From Narcine bancroftii (taxonomy: Eukaryota), in contig NC_091474.1 of the NCBI RefSeq assembly GCF_036971445.1, positions 225,804,001 through 225,868,000 on the forward strand: a stretch of 64,000 nucleotides of DNA, in the 5' to 3' direction. A model generated the notes under the pieces. The model was given only the letters and a program-made list of their open reading frames with translations. It made no database searches and was not told the DNA's origin. Position numbers and translations under genes: made by a program. Positions 13,101 to 26,880 of this stretch are shown one piece after another (positions within the stretch are counted from its first letter, which is position 1; the number at the start of each line of letters is the position of its first letter).

Positions 13101-13709
13101 CATGTGCTCCCCACTTACGACCATTGTGGGGACCGAAGAATCAGTCGTATCTCGAAATCGGCGCAAGTCGGAATTTTACCCATCTTTATGGAATATCGAA
13201 GTCTTAAAGCAAACTTTTTAATCAAATGTTGTATTTGACAAACTATAACAAGGATACAGGGCATGTAAAAGCCAAAATGTACATTGGCATCTTAGGGTCC
13301 ATAGGCTGAGGGTGGCCATCTCGATTCTTGTGTGTATGCACGAGTCTTCGGTTGGCGCATGCGTGGTGGGTTTGCATATTGGAGTTTGGTTGGCACGAGT
13401 TAAAGGCGTGAATTTAATATCATTAGGACACTTAACTTTCATGCATGCGCCAACCATATATAACTATATAACAATTACAGCACAGAAACGCATGCGCACA
13501 AGAATCAAGATGGCTATGCCCAACCTATAGATTCTGATATGCTGACTAACAAAATGAGTACACACATTTTGGCTCTTATGTGCCCTGAATCCCTATTATA
13601 GTTTGCCAAATACAACATAAACTGAGTAAATTTTATACTTTTGTAAAAAAATTCGGTCATATGTGCAGATGGACGTAAGTCCCATAGGTCGCATGTCACA
13701 GAGTACCTG
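13101..13709. mobile_element. Tigger/pogo-like non-autonomous DNA transposon
   Basis: TA-flanked imperfect terminal inverted repeats CATGTGCTCCCCACTTACGACC ... GGTCGCATGTCACAGAGTACCTG. Confidence 0.65.
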
Positions 13710-14286
13710 TACTACTATTATAAAGGAATCTGAATAAGTATTGGAAAAGGAAATAAAATTCCTGAGTTGTAGGGAGGTGACTGACAAATAGGATTATTTA
13801 CCTCGGGGTGGTACAATTTTGACAGGTCAATTGGCCTCCAGTTGTGTTGTAATTATTCTGCAATTCTAAACCAAGGCTTGGACAAAGTCGATATGCATGA
13901 GGCTAGTCAAAGGGAAATAAATCTGAAGGAATATTACAAAACAAAAGGAAAGAGGAAGCCCTAATGGAATCAGAAGAAAATTCAATGATCGTGACTTGTC
14001 TGTCTCCAAGTGTCATTCTATTTCTTTTACATCTTCTATTCCCACTTTCAACTCTAGTTTCATACATGCAGGAGCTTTCTGCTATCTGGTTCCTCAATTT
14101 TTGAACTTTATGAAACCTCCAGAGGTTTCAGTAATCTCAATTTTTCCAACCATCCTGCTGGTCACATCTGTATTGTGTATGCCTAAATATTATGATTTTC
14201 ATATAAATCACTGAAATATTTGCAGATAGAGAACAAATTATTAAATTTATCGTTCTAACTCAACTCATCCTTGTTTTCCCCCACAG

Positions 14287-14332
14287 ATGGAATGAACTGG
14301 GAGGATTTGTTCACAATACTTGTCGTCTGCAG
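14287..14332 (+). CDS. FIG4: FIG4 coding exon (about exon 13)
   Basis: ccacag acceptor and GTAATT donor; 46 bp; (R)WNELGGFVHNTCRLQ; phase matches both neighbours. Confidence 0.92.
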
Positions 14333-14653
14333 GTAATTTCTGTGCAACATCTGTGCCATATTGTTGAGTCCCAAGAGTTACATTCTACATGTCAAAGATT
14401 AGTTTAGATTCTAACAGAACACTCAAAATCTTTGTTGTGCTTTATTATTTGTAATATAGCAGAGTTATTTATCCACTTAATTTCACAATAAATTGATCAA
14501 TTGTGTTGATGATTGGTGGGAATTGTATATGTTTGATGCCTCATTAACTAATTTAGCATTTTATACTATGTACATAATATTAGCAATAAAAATATGCCAG
14601 TAGTCAGAATTCATTAGAATCCCAATATTTTGGGGTTTTTTTTAAATATAAAC

Positions 14654-15565
14654 TGTTCCAAGCCCAAAGGACTCTAAAAACCAGCAGTAACAGAAATTCA
14701 CCAGTCAGTGGCTACTTAAACAAAAATGCACAATAATAAGATCAATACTTAACTTATTACTATTAACTTTACTTAACCTAACTTAACATCCTTCTAATTC
14801 TCAGCCCATGTGTATGTAATGTTATGTCTTCAGGAAAGTTTTTTCCCACTGTCCAATCATTCACTTTTCACCTCCAAGTTCACTGGTATCAGGCAATACT
14901 CCAGACTATGCACAGAAATGAACAGATATTATATTCACCAGGCTCTGATGCTTTTACTTAAGTTGTTACTGCTCAGGAATGTCTTAGTTGGTTTCAGAGA
15001 GATATTCATTGTTAGCTAGAAACACAAACTGAAGTGTCTTTCTGAAGAAACTTGCCCATTCTTGTGTTTTTCCAAAAGATAACAACTTCTTGCAGGTTAC
15101 CACAAGGAGTTCTTCTTTTCCCCCAATTTCAGGAGAAACACAGCAACCAGCCACAATCTCTGCAATTGACTACAGAGATTTAGAATAAGTTGAACTCAGA
15201 ACTCAAAACCTGTTTTGAAATAGGGTCGTGCAGCAGGTTTGCCAACTTGCAGCCTTCACCACAAACTGTTGCAGAATACTCTGACAAACAATGGATGTTT
15301 TCTCTCTGTTTGCAAAACCACGTGGTGGCTCTTAGGACAGCAAACTTGAACCAGATATTTAAAACTCTTGTACCATTTTAAAAGCAAAAGAGATTTTAGT
15401 TTTTGACCCTGGACACTGTTCAAACATGCTGGTCCATTAACAGCTACTTGTGAAACTCTCACAAACGCTTTCCATTGTCTCTGCAAAGCTAACTGTTGAC
15501 ATAAAGTTTACCCTTGCAAAGCTCGTGTATGACAAATGAGATGTTTGTGAAATGTGACCTGATAT
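14654..15565 (-). mobile_element. Diverged copy of the ~1 kb LTR family (LTR-A)
   Basis: Colinear similarity with the copies at 18061 and 58138 (gcccaaaggactctaaaaaccagcagtaac...); right end approximate. Confidence 0.7.
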
Positions 15566-15729
15566 CTTAAATGGGTAAGATTTTGAGGTTTAGTTATATT
15601 TTATCGTAATTTTATTAACTTATTCCGTAACAAAACAAGGAATGTAGAGATGGGATAAATGCAGCAGAAGTAAAGAATCTTTCCTCAGAAAATCAGAAAA
15701 AAATAATTGGTTTGGGTACAGCCAAAAGT

Positions 15730-16320
15730 TGTCAGACATGGGTGGTGCTGTTGTAGTCTGGCACAATGACGTGTACCTTGCCGAGGCCAGAGGACAATCA
15801 TCAGATACCTTTACTTTACTCCTTGAACAGGACCCCACTAAGAAGCATCAGATCACCATCTGCCATAACATCGCTTACTTTATCACTTCCGGTAATGTCT
15901 CTTCCATGCTGTCCATCACTTTGACAGCTTTCAGGTCTCTGGATTGTACCACCTGATTTTCATTGTGGACATCCATTCTCTGTACTCTGATTTTCTTCAT
16001 AAGGAAGGCCTTGAAGCTCTCCATTTACTTGACAAAAGACTTCACCAGTCCGCCTCCACCTCCATCCTCCTCTGCCTTGCAGAACTTGTACTTGCCCTTA
16101 ATAACTTTAGCTCTTTTCATTGGCATTCCATGCTACAAACCTACCTGCAAGGCTTCTCTACTCTTTCTCTGCCATATTGACAACATTGGCCTCATGTTCT
16201 GCCAAGTTGAGGCCACACATAAATTGGAGGAACAACACCTTGTATTCTGTATCGACAGGCATTAATATTGACCTCCAATTTCCAGTAACCCCCTCACCCC
16301 ATTTCCTTTTTTCCCTCTGA
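15730..16320 (+). mobile_element. Penelope-like element relic
   Basis: DMGGAVVVW..DVYLAEARGQSSD...DPT (ADKG motif of Penelope RT) and KLEEQHLVF (end of the GIY-YIG region). Confidence 0.7.
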
Positions 16321-16440
16321 CGCCCTACAGCTCTTTCCCTGCCTTTCTCCTATCAAAGAGTATATTTCATAGTCCCCTTCCTCTCCCCCACCACCTCTCA
16401 GCTCATTTCTCTTCTCTCTCCCCCCCCCCCCCCCAACCTA

Positions 16441-18060
16441 TAAGAACCATAAAACACTACAGCACAGAATCAAGTGCTTTTGGCCCTTCTATTATTTGCC
16501 TGGTCCCACTGACCTGCACCCAGTCCATAGCCTTCCATACATTTCCCATCCATACACCTGTCCAAATTCTTCTTAAGTGTTAAAATTGAGCCTGCATTCA
16601 CCACCTCAGCTGGCATTTTGTTCCACACTCCCATCACTTTGTGTGAAGAAGTTCCCCCTAAACTTTTCCCATTTCATTCTTAACCCATGTCCTCGAGTTT
16701 GTATCTCACCAACCCTCAGTGGAAAAAGCCTATCTACATTTACTCTGGCTATCCCCCTCATATTTTTAAATACCTGTACCTCTCTCAAACCTCTCATTCT
16801 TCTGCGCTTCAGTGAATAAAGTCCTAACCTGTTTAACCTTTCCCTATAACTCAGTTCATGAAGTCTGGGCAACATCCTAGTAAATCTCCTCTGCACTCTC
16901 TCTATCTTACTGATATATTTCTTGTAGTTAGGTGACCAAATCTGCACACAATACTCCAGATTTGTCCTCACCAATGACTTATACAACTTAACCATTACAT
17001 CCTAGCTCTTGTATTCAATATTTTGATTTATGAAGGCCAATATGCCAAAAGATCTCTTTACAGCCCTCTCCATCTGTGACAGCACTTTCAGGGAATTATG
17101 TATGTGTACTCCCAGGTCCCTCTATACTACCACACTCCTCAGTGCCGTGCCATTCACCATGTACATCCTTTCTTGGTTTGTCCTTCCAAAATGCAACACC
17201 CCACACTTGTCTGCATTAAATTCCATCTGTCATTTTTCAGCCCATTTATCCAACTGGTCCAGATCACTCTGCAAGCTTTGAAAAACCTTCTTCATTGTCC
17301 ACTTGTTGATCCAATTTACCACATTATCATCTAGATCATTGATATAGATGACAGACAGCAATGGTCCCAGCACTGATTCCTGAGGCACACCACTAGTCAA
17401 AGGCCACCAGTCTGAGAAGCAATCATCCACCAATATTTCTTGCTTCTCCCGTCTTGCCGTTATCAAATCCAGTCCACTACTTCACCATGAATACCTAGTG
17501 TCTGAACCTTCCTGGCTAACCTCCCATGTGGGATCATTTCAAAGGCCTTACTAAAATCCATGTAGACAACATCCATAGCCTTTCCTTTATCAACCTTTCT
17601 GGTAACTTGCTTGTTATGGTCACTGGCCTATAATTTCCAGGATTACTTTTGGAGCCTTTTTTAAAATCACAGAACATCCAATCCTCCAATATTTCTGCCA
17701 AAGACCCTGCAATTTCTATACTAGCCTCCACCAAGGCCTGAGGGAATATCTTGTCAGGCCCTGAGGATTTATCCAACCTTATTTGCTTTAAGACAGTAAG
17801 CACTTCCTCTTCTTTAATCTTTATAGGTTCCATGGCCTTACTGCTTGTTTTCCTTACTCCCCACATCTCTATGGCGTGTCCTGAGTGAATACTGATTGGA
17901 AAAAAAAACATTTAAGATCATCCCCATCTCTTTGGGCTCCATACAAAGCCGACCACTCTGACCTTCTAGAGAACCAATTTTGTCCCTTACTATCCTCTTG
18001 CTCTTAATGTACCTTTAGAAATACTATGAATTTCCCTTCACATTGTCTGCCATAGCTACC
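16441..18060 (-). mobile_element. CR1 (HER1-like) LINE 3' portion with internal deletions
   Basis: DKSSGPDKI, GNYRPV, SGVPQESVLGPLL, LVRTNLEYCVQIWSP; tail at 16441; continues at 19115 beyond the LTR. Confidence 0.88.
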
Positions 18061-18751
18061 TGTTACAAGTCCAGAGCACCCCAAAACCCAGTACTAATAG
18101 ATATTCACACAGACAAATGGTTACTTAAACAAAAGTTGCTTTTAATTATCTTTAAACATGAAAACAGGATCAAACTTTAACTTATTACTATTAACTCTCC
18201 AAACTTAACCCCCTTCTAATTCTAAGCGCATATGTATGTAATGTGTGTGTAAGTTCAGAAAAGTTATTTGATTTACAGTCCAATCTCACCTCATTCCTCC
18301 AAGTTTACTGATTGCAGGCATTTCTTATTCTGTGCACTGAATGTAGCTTTTATGAAGTTCATCAGGCTTTGATGCTTGAAAGGTAAATGGTTACTGCTCA
18401 GGAAGGTTCTTGTCGGTTTTCAGAGAGAGATTTGTTGTTCCTGGACACAAACTGATCCCTTTTAATCAGCCACGTCAGTGTCATGTCAAAGAAACTTTCC
18501 TCATTAGGGTTTTCCAGGTGACAACCTCTTTCTTTCAGGTCACCACAGAGTTCCTTTTTGTTGTACTTATTTCAAGTGAAACATTAGACAGCCAGTCCTC
18601 TCCTCTTGCATGAACCACAAGGGGTTTGACCAGACTGAACCAAGCACTCACAACCCATCTTCCAAATGGGGTTTTCCACAAGCTTTTCAGCTTGTCCAGT
18701 CCCAACTGCTGCTGCTGACTGTAAAACTGCAGAACTGAACTCCCTCCCTCT

Positions 18752-18803
<52 letters not shown>

Positions 18804-19114
18804 GAAAAAATCTATTTTACTCTCTCTGCTTGCAGAACCATATGACCCTCTTAGAACTGCAAGTTCCATTCCAGACAACCTGCAGCTCCAACAAGTTTTT
18901 TCTATTGCCTTTTTGTAAGCAACAATTCATTAGTGACGTGTCTTGGACACTCTCCAACGCTTTTGCAAAGGCTCTTGGAACCGGATTGTCGAGCATGAGC
19001 AGAGCTCCAGTATTTGTTTTAAAGTGTTGGTATGTGACCTACACTAAAAAATCTGTCCCAATTTATCTCCCCAAAACATATCTATACACAATACAAACAC
19101 AACATAATTTGTCA
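18061..19114 (-). mobile_element. Solo LTR, family LTR-A, with internal (CT)n microsatellite
   Basis: TGTTAC...TGTCA termini; inserted in a CR1; homologous to 58138-59215; strand inferred from ATTAAA on the minus strand near the left end. Confidence 0.82.
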
Positions 19115-19136
19115 ACCTCATGTCTGTTTTTTGTTG

Positions 19137-19345
19137 ACATAGGAACATAGGAAGTAGGAACAGGAGTAGGCCAAAAATGGCCCATCGAGCCTGCTCCACC
19201 ATTCAATACGATCATGGCTGATCTAATTTATGACCTAACTCCACCTACCTGCTTTCTCACCATATCCCCTAATTCCTCTATCATGTAAAAATTTATCTAA
19301 CCAAATTTTAAATATGTTTAATGAGGCAGCCTCAACCACTTCCCT
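19137..19345 (-). mobile_element. CR1 3' terminal fragment
   Basis: cataggaacataggaagtaggaacaggagtaggcc tail, like the one at 6281. Confidence 0.7.
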
Positions 19346-19927
19346 GGACATCTGCCTGATTTTAGCATACCTGAAGACCCCAGGCCTGAATCATTGACTG
19401 CGTTTTACTTTCCATTGATGCTGTGTGACTTACTGAGTTTCTCTTGCACTTTTTTGTGCTGGCTCAACTAGTTCACTGCCCCCCCCCACAAATGGTAGTG
19501 ATGGTGTACTACAGAGTACAAGTCATGAGGGGTGATGTGGAAAATAAAGAAAGAATAATAATAATATAATAAGCAAGAAGGACTTCAATTGACATGGAAA
19601 TTTGGGTGAAAATATTAGTGGTAATGTTTTGGAGAATGATTGCACACAAGAAGTTTTTCAGATTAGTATGTGGAGGGAATAGGCTATTTTTGGAAGAAGA
19701 ATAGATAGATATTCATCCAGACAAATGGTTACTTAAACAAAAGTTGCTTTTAATTATCTTTAAACATGAAACCAGGATCATTAATGGTCTTTAGGGAAGG
19801 GCAATCATAATATGATGAAATAATATATATGTTGAACATCATTTAATCTGCTGTGAAACCAGGGTCTTGAATCTGAACATGCAAATTATGAAGTCTCTAT
19901 TGACTATAGTACATTAAAATACTGTAT

Positions 19928-20269
19928 TGTAGCGGGTCGAGTGACTGTGTGGTAGGACGGGCTGAATCACCACCCCAGTCGTCCGACACAAGATGGCGTG
20001 GGCTCCCCTTCCCTTCCGAGGAGAAGTTCACGGTTGAAAACACGCGTTGCCCGGGGGACAGCGCCGCTTCAGTGTTGCGTGCTGCTGGATGGAGAGTGAC
20101 CCTGCGACACGCTGATGTCATTTCCTAAGGCCAGTGCAACCCTCACAGGAAGTGGGTGGTCTCCTCGAGGAGTGCAAGAAATTCAAAAAAATTAAGTTCA
20201 GTTACTGGTTCATCCCTTGCTGTATGGATTTATCTCATTTCAGTAACGCTGCTGTTAGCAGATGCTATA
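19928..20269 (+). mobile_element. Gypsy solo LTR, 342 bp
   Basis: TGTAGC...GCTATA (terminal CA changed to TA); 4-bp TSD GTAT at 19924-19927 and 20270-20273; GC-rich block in AT-rich DNA. Confidence 0.72.
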
Positions 20270-20687
20270 GTATGTCCATAACAAGAATAGTGCACATTTA
20301 AAAAATTAATACATTAATAAATACATGGATTGTAACAGAATAAGCTGGAGACAAGGTGGTCCAGTTGTACCTATTAACAGAATCTAAAGATAATTAGATC
20401 AAAGGAAAGATTTATAAAATTGCCAGAAATTGCATTAAATCTGCAAAATTCAGCAAAGGAAGATAAAAGCATTGACAAGAAAGGAAAATAAAACACGAGA
20501 TATCAAATGAGCAGCATGAATATGTTAAAAACAAAAGCTTGACAAATTTGAATGTAGTTACCTATTGACTTTGGCTTGTATATATTGGGGTATAAAGAAA
20601 TGATGAGAAAATTAATCAAAAATGTTGTGCAGATCTTCAAAAAAAAAATCAGCCATGACTTGAATAACAGTGTAGATATAATGGGTG

Positions 20688-23048
20688 TGTGGCGGCCCAC
20701 CGCCGTAGCGATTGAGCCGGTGCTCTGGGTGGCAAGCACAATCAAAGGCCAGCAGCCCACACAGCGACACTGGCCCCCATCAAGCAAAATGGCAGGTGAC
20801 CAACAAGTGACTCGATAATGACAGTGGCCTTGCTGTGCAACCAACAGACAGGGACAGTGCGCAGGGAAGAAGGAAAGTACCCACAAGTGGGAAACACGCA
20901 TTTATTATGCATGTTGTGTTGTCAGCTAAGTGGGGCCACGGCAGGAACAGTTTAAGTGTAAAAGTCGGGCCTGAGCCCTAATAAAACTCAGAGCTTAACC
21001 TGACTATACTATTTATGTGTGTCTTCTTTCGAGTAGCACGTGGCTACAATTGGTGACCCTGACAGTTTAGACGGCATCTAAACCCAGCGATGAGCGAACA
21101 GGCAGCAGTCAACATGGTCACTCTCAAGCTGTTGATCTTCTGGACAAATTGATCACGCGTGTGGTTTGACCAGACTGAGGCACAGTTCCAGATCTGGCAG
21201 ATCACAGCAGATTGGGTGGCCATGTTTATCCAGGAACCCCTATTGGAAGACGCGTACACTGCCTTCAAGGACTTGCTGATCAAGACCTTCGGGCTCTCAC
21301 AGCGTGAGAGGGGCAAATCTCCTCCACCTGGACGGGCTAAGGGACAGACCCCTGTCAGCCCTCATGATCGAGATGCTGACCCTCCTGAGCAAACACGCAG
21401 CCTGCATCATGTTTGAACAGGCATTCCTGGAACAACTGCCCGGACACATCTAACTGCCCTGACTGACACGAATATCAGCAACCCCCAGAAAGTTGCAGCA
21501 CAAGTGGACGTTCTGTGGAAACAGAAGAGTGCTCGGCGTCTGGAGGGCTCATCACTAAAGACCAGTGCAGAGCCACCGAGAGAACAGCAGCACCTCAGAG
21601 ATGATCCAGATGGCCAATGGTGTTTCTACCTCCAGAGATGGGGGGCCTGTGCAGGCCGCCATGCACGTTTCAGGGATACGCCAGGGCCAATCGTCAGTAA
21701 TAGCCATGACAGCTGGCCACCAAGACAGCCTCCTATACCACACCTCAGCACTTCGAGCCTGCAGAATGAAGGTTCGACCACATCCACATGTACATAGTAG
21801 GACCTTTGCTGGTATCCCAGGGTTTCTGCTATCTGTTCACAATGGTTGACCGCTTCACCAAGTGGCCAGAAGCAGTCTCACTGACAGACATGTCCACAAC
21901 CTCATGCACCAGGGCCCTAATCTCGTCCTGGGTGGCATGGATCAGGTTACCGTTCCACATCACATCTGACGGAGGGGCCAAGTTCACCTCCAGTCTGTGG
22001 TCTGACCTAACCAGCCTATGGGGTTCCCAGCTGCATTACACAACAGCTTATCACTCACAGTCCAATGGGCTGGTGCAGCGCTTCCATAGACACTTCAAAA
22101 CCACATTCATGACCAGACTCCAAGGACCCAACTGAGTAGATGAGCTACCATGGGTGCTGTTGGGCATCTACATGGCACCTAAGGAGGACCTCAACACCTG
22201 TTCAGCCAAACTCATCTATGGAGCTCCACTCGTGGTCCCTGCAGAATTCATACCATCTCCAGGCTAATGACTCTGCAGCGTTCATCAACATGCTAAGGGA
22301 AAGAGTCGGCATCTTGGCCCTGATTTCACCTTCCAGGCATGGACACGTGAGAACCAACATATCCAAAGACCTGCAGGACTGTGAGTGTGTTTTAATTTGT
22401 AGGGGTCCACATCGTCCACCGCTTCAGAGTCCATTCCAGGTCATCCACAACAACAGGGCCATGTTCGAGCTGGAGGTCAGAGGCACGACAGAGGTCTTCA
22501 CCACAGACAGGCTGAAGCTGGCACACCTGGACCCAGAGCACCCGGTCGAGACACCACACCATGCTGAAGAGGCAAGCCACCGAAGGCTGCAGAGACTTTT
22601 CCTCCGGGCACCAAGGACAATAACAAGGATAATACCGCTGATTCTGAGGGGGGGGGGGTGTCATGTGGCAGCCCGCCGCCATGGCGATTGAGATGGTGTT
22701 CCTGGTGACGAGCACAACCAAAGGCCAGCAGCCTGCGCAGCAGCACTGGCCCCAACAAGCGAACTGACAGGTGAACGACAAGGGCAGCTTAAAGGCCAGC
22801 AACCCCAAAATGGTGCTGGCCTTGCTGCGCAGCCAACAAACAGGGACAGCGCATGAGGCATTGTTATGCAGAAAAGTACCCACACGTGAAAAACCTACTT
22901 TTGTTATGCATGTTGTGATATCAGCCAAGGGAGGGCCACGGCGGGAACAGTGCAAGTATAGAAGTTGGGCCTGAGCCCTAACAAAACTCAAAGCTTAACC
23001 TGACTACACTACATGTGTGTGTCTTCTTTCAAGTAGCGCCTGGCTACA
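20688..23048 (+). mobile_element. Internally deleted Gypsy provirus with both LTRs (gag plus integrase core)
   Basis: LTRs 20688-21048 and 22664-23048; TSD GGTG/GATG; primer-binding site TGGTGACCCTGAC at 21051 (tRNA-Trp type); G-rich tract ~22646-22658; gag WFDQTEAQF; integrase VDRFTKWPEAV, ITSDGGAKFTS, YHSQSNGLVQRFHR. Confidence 0.92.
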
Positions 23049-23164
23049 GATGAATAGGCTACTCCTCCCAAGTGGAGGTAAGAAAGAGTCAAAACAATCT
23101 GTAAATCAAAGCTTTCAAGTTTAAAAATTTGTAAACTTAAATTTTGAAAAATTAAATAAAATAG

Positions 23165-24947
23165 TGTAGCGGCCTGTGCCTCAGGCCAACACCGGAGATG
23201 GCTGTTGAATGCAGGGACCGGCAAGACCTTGCACGGACTGAAAAGCCCATTTCCTTAGGTCGCCAGTGGAACAGTGAAACTGCAGATTGCAGGGAAACCA
23301 ATCAGGCCTGTATGCTGGAACCAACCAATTGGTGGCCAGCCTGCTCAAGCCATGCCCTGGTGGTGACGCGGCCGAGCTCACTATAAAAGGCAGAGCTGCC
23401 CCTTGAATAAACTCAGTGTCAAATACACTGTACCATTGTGCATCTTTTTTAATCTGCAAGTTTCGAGCTACAGCCCAGGAGCTGTAACCTCTAAATCCTG
23501 CTCCACAATGAGCAGCCGGATGTCCTTGGGCAGCCTCTCCTGTTACAGTGATGACCCTGACCGGTCCAAATGGCATTTTGGACCCGACGATGGAGCAACA
23601 ACCTGAGATCAATGCCATTGAAACTCCTGCTTCTCGACCGCCCAACCACTGGTGTGGTTCCAGCAAGCTGAGGCGCTGTTCGCCATTTGAAGGATCTCCG
23701 AGGATGACAAACACTATTACTACATGGTCAGTTCCCTCAACCAGGGCACGGCAGCCTTGATTATTGATTTCCTCCAGCAGCCATCGGAACAAGGAAGGTA
23801 TGTAGCCATCAAAGAGTTACAAAACCACATTTTCGGGCTCTCAAAGTTTGTGTCGGTCTGCTGCATATTGACAGTTTGGGGGAGAGGGCCCCATCCACCC
23901 ACATGAGCGATATGCTCGCTCTCTGCGATGGCCACACCTCCTGCCCACTGTTCCAGCAAATATTCCTGGAGAGGCTGCCCAAGGACATCCAGCTGCTCAT
24001 TGCAGAGCAGGATTTTGAGGACCCCAGAAACATGGCAGCCCATGTAGACATGCTATGGGCAGCCAAGAGGGACACCTACGCTTCAATTAACCAGGTGACG
24101 ACACCACGTCAATAGTGCCTAGCCACGTAGAACACTCTCCGATTATCTGACCGACTGTCCAACCAACCAAACGAGATGCCCCGCCGGTGAGTTATACTGT
24201 TACTATCATCAACGGTAGGCCTCCAATGGCTTTAATGGCAAGGCTGACTGGACCTAACTGGGCTGACGAGCTTCCCTGGGTCCTATTGGGAATTCGAGCC
24301 ACACCCGAGGAGGACCTTGAGGCATCCTCCGCTGAGTTGCTCTACAGTGCACCTCTGCTCATACTGGGCAAATTTGTAATGACCTCTGAGGACTAAGGGA
24401 CACACACTGTCCTGGCTTCGCGAGCGCCTAGGCACCCCGGTCCCTACCAAGCCCAGACCCCATGGCCAGCCCCACACATACATCCCCAAGGACTTGGCCA
24501 ATTGTAAATACATATTTATCTGGCACAGAGCACAGTGGTCACCTCTCCAGAGACCTTATGATGGGCCATACCGTCTCATAAGAAACAACAGAACCTGTGT
24601 TCTGGACATTAATGGCAGAGAGGAGACTTTTTTCATCAACCATTGAAACTGGCCTACTTAGACCCTGACCACCCCATCACCCATCCAACCCCAAGACACA
24701 GGTTCTCGGGCCAACATCAGAGATGGCTGTCGAACATGGCGACCGGCAAGACCTCCATGGGATGAGACGCCCGTTTCCATAGGCCCAGTGGTGACGCAGC
24801 CAAGCTCAGTATTAAAGGCAGAGCTGCCCCTTGAATAAACTCAGTGTCAAATACACTCTACCGGCATGCATGTCTTCTTTCCTCCGCAATTTTCAAGCTA
24901 CAGCCCAGAAGCTGTAGCCTAGCTGTAGCAGTAGCAACCCCACTACA
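23165..24947 (+). mobile_element. Heavily deleted Gypsy provirus with two LTRs (gag plus integrase C-terminus)
   Basis: TGTAG...CTACA termini; exact TSD ATAG (23161-23164 and 24948-24951); 5' LTR to 23547, degenerate Trp-type primer site at 23549; 3' LTR remnant ~24707-24947; gag LFQQIFLERLPKDIQ; integrase tail NWADELPWVLLGIR. Confidence 0.88.
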
Positions 24948-26189
24948 ATAGAATAATTTAATATTGTTTGTGAATGAACCTAGTTTTTCCTTGGTTTGCT
25001 TTCAGTACTGAAATTCTAAAGATAGTGGATATCTTTTTATTCATACGGAGTTGGACTATTAACAAGTGAGCAAACAGGGTAGGTGGCGAAACCATTCAGT
25101 TGCAAACACAGTCAGTGGTAGAATTAGTCAGCTATTTTGTTAAATTCCATATCACTGCATACATGTCAAATTAATGTTACTGAAAAATTATTCTGGATGA
25201 AAAACATCAAGAATAATTTGCTTTGAGGCCAAATGCTATTGTTACCTAAGGATAGGAACTGTTTTTACAGAAGCTAGGCCCAAAATCACAAACTTTACCA
25301 TCAAAAAAAAAAACTTGATTCTGATAAGAGCCTGGAGCTGTAACTTCTGGAAGATCATGTGATGGGGTTTAGGAATGATCAATAGATAGGTTTATATTCT
25401 GTAAATTTGGTTCCAACAAAGAATGAACAGTCTGCACTGAAATTGGTCTTGGATTTTTTTTATTTGAATTGCTCAAAATTCAATATCAGGATTGTTAATT
25501 TTCTTATTAGATATGATATCTTTTAAAATTGTTTTTTTGGGGAATTGTCATTTGGATAAATAGCTGTGTTGCTTTAGTTGAAATGGAATCGGAGTCACGA
25601 TAAAATGATTTCTAATGATTCTCCTGGGTAATTTTAATTGTTTTATGTTTTCAGTCCCTTATAAATATTTTCCCAATTAATTTCTATCATGAAATTTGGC
25701 AGATTTGTGGTTAAAAACTAACACCAACACATCCAGCTTCACTTGTTTAAAATGTTGGAAATATATTGTATTATTGTTAAGCCTGAGGAAATTTTGAAAT
25801 GCATTCATGATCTCACCATCTGGTTCCCACCCACATTTCACATGGGAATTTTGTCTTGTGATTCACTCCTCTGAGTATATTGCTTTCTGTAAGTTTTGTT
25901 TCTTTCAAAGTGCTAGTATTGAATAAAAATATACATTTATTAATTATACAGTGACATAGTGTGTCCTGTAGAGAAGAAATAATGCAAAAACCATGTGCAC
26001 TACTTAAGTGCATCCACTTAAGTGTACATTGGTAATGCTGCATATTCTGAAGATTCCTAAATACCTGGGAATGGACAATAACATTCAATTAATTAAGTAG
26101 GATGTGGGTATGCTCTCTGAGGAAGGGGTGCTTATTTTCTTTGAAGTTACTGCTTTAATGTTTAATTAATTAGCCTTTGGTTTTTTTCC

Positions 26190-26700
26190 TTGAGGCCTTC
26201 TTTATGCGGGATAGAAGTGTTCAGGGACTGGATCTTCATGGTGAAAATTAGGCAGCCTAGCCTGGGGAACTGAAAGTTGTCAAAGTGATGGTGAGCATGA
26301 GAGGCGTCCCTGGTGGGAACGACTAGACCAGGGGGGATAAAATGAGTTGAGATATGATACCAGTTTGATGGGGCAGACGCATGCTGATACAATGGATCTA
26401 TAGGGGAGGTTGATTTGTAGATCTTGGGTAGGCAATAAAACCTATTGTGGGATTTGGAAGCAGAGGTTGGATGCTGTGGAAGAGAGATTGATGAGGTCAG
26501 TTATGGTAAGGGAGACAGTGGCCTGATGTGGCTCGATGGGGTTCTGTTCAAGGGAAAAGTAAAAGGAGTTGTCGTCTGGCCGAGGTAGAGGTCCATGTGC
26601 CTGACTAGAACTGCACTACTCTTGTCTGCAGGTTTGATGATGAGGATAGGCTGGTGCAGAGAGAAAGGAGGGCAGTGCATTCCAAATTGGTAATACAGTT
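26190..26700 (-). mobile_element. Penelope-like element relic
   Basis: IIKPADKSSAVLV..DLY and FTMKIQSLNTSIPHKEGL (RT motifs). Confidence 0.68.
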
Positions 26701-26880
26701 CAACAAATGTACTAATCAATTATCCACTATGGTATTTAGCAAAAAAAATTCTTCTTGACCATTTCTTGATTTCTAATACTTTTAGCCATGCTGAACGTGT
26801 ACTGGAATTTAAATATATGGTAACTATATGTTACATTTGCAGAATTTATAAAATGCTGAATTGTCTAAATTCTCTTTCAG

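Noticed and set aside
18747-18800. ERERER and LSLSLS ORFs (also ~58860-58916 and ~60965-61030)
   Set aside because: Translations of (CT)n microsatellites within LTR-A
22392-23792. Two ~200-aa minus-strand ORFs (22392-22991 and 23181-23792)
   Set aside because: Antisense readings of GC-rich LTR and gag sequence with no recognisable domain
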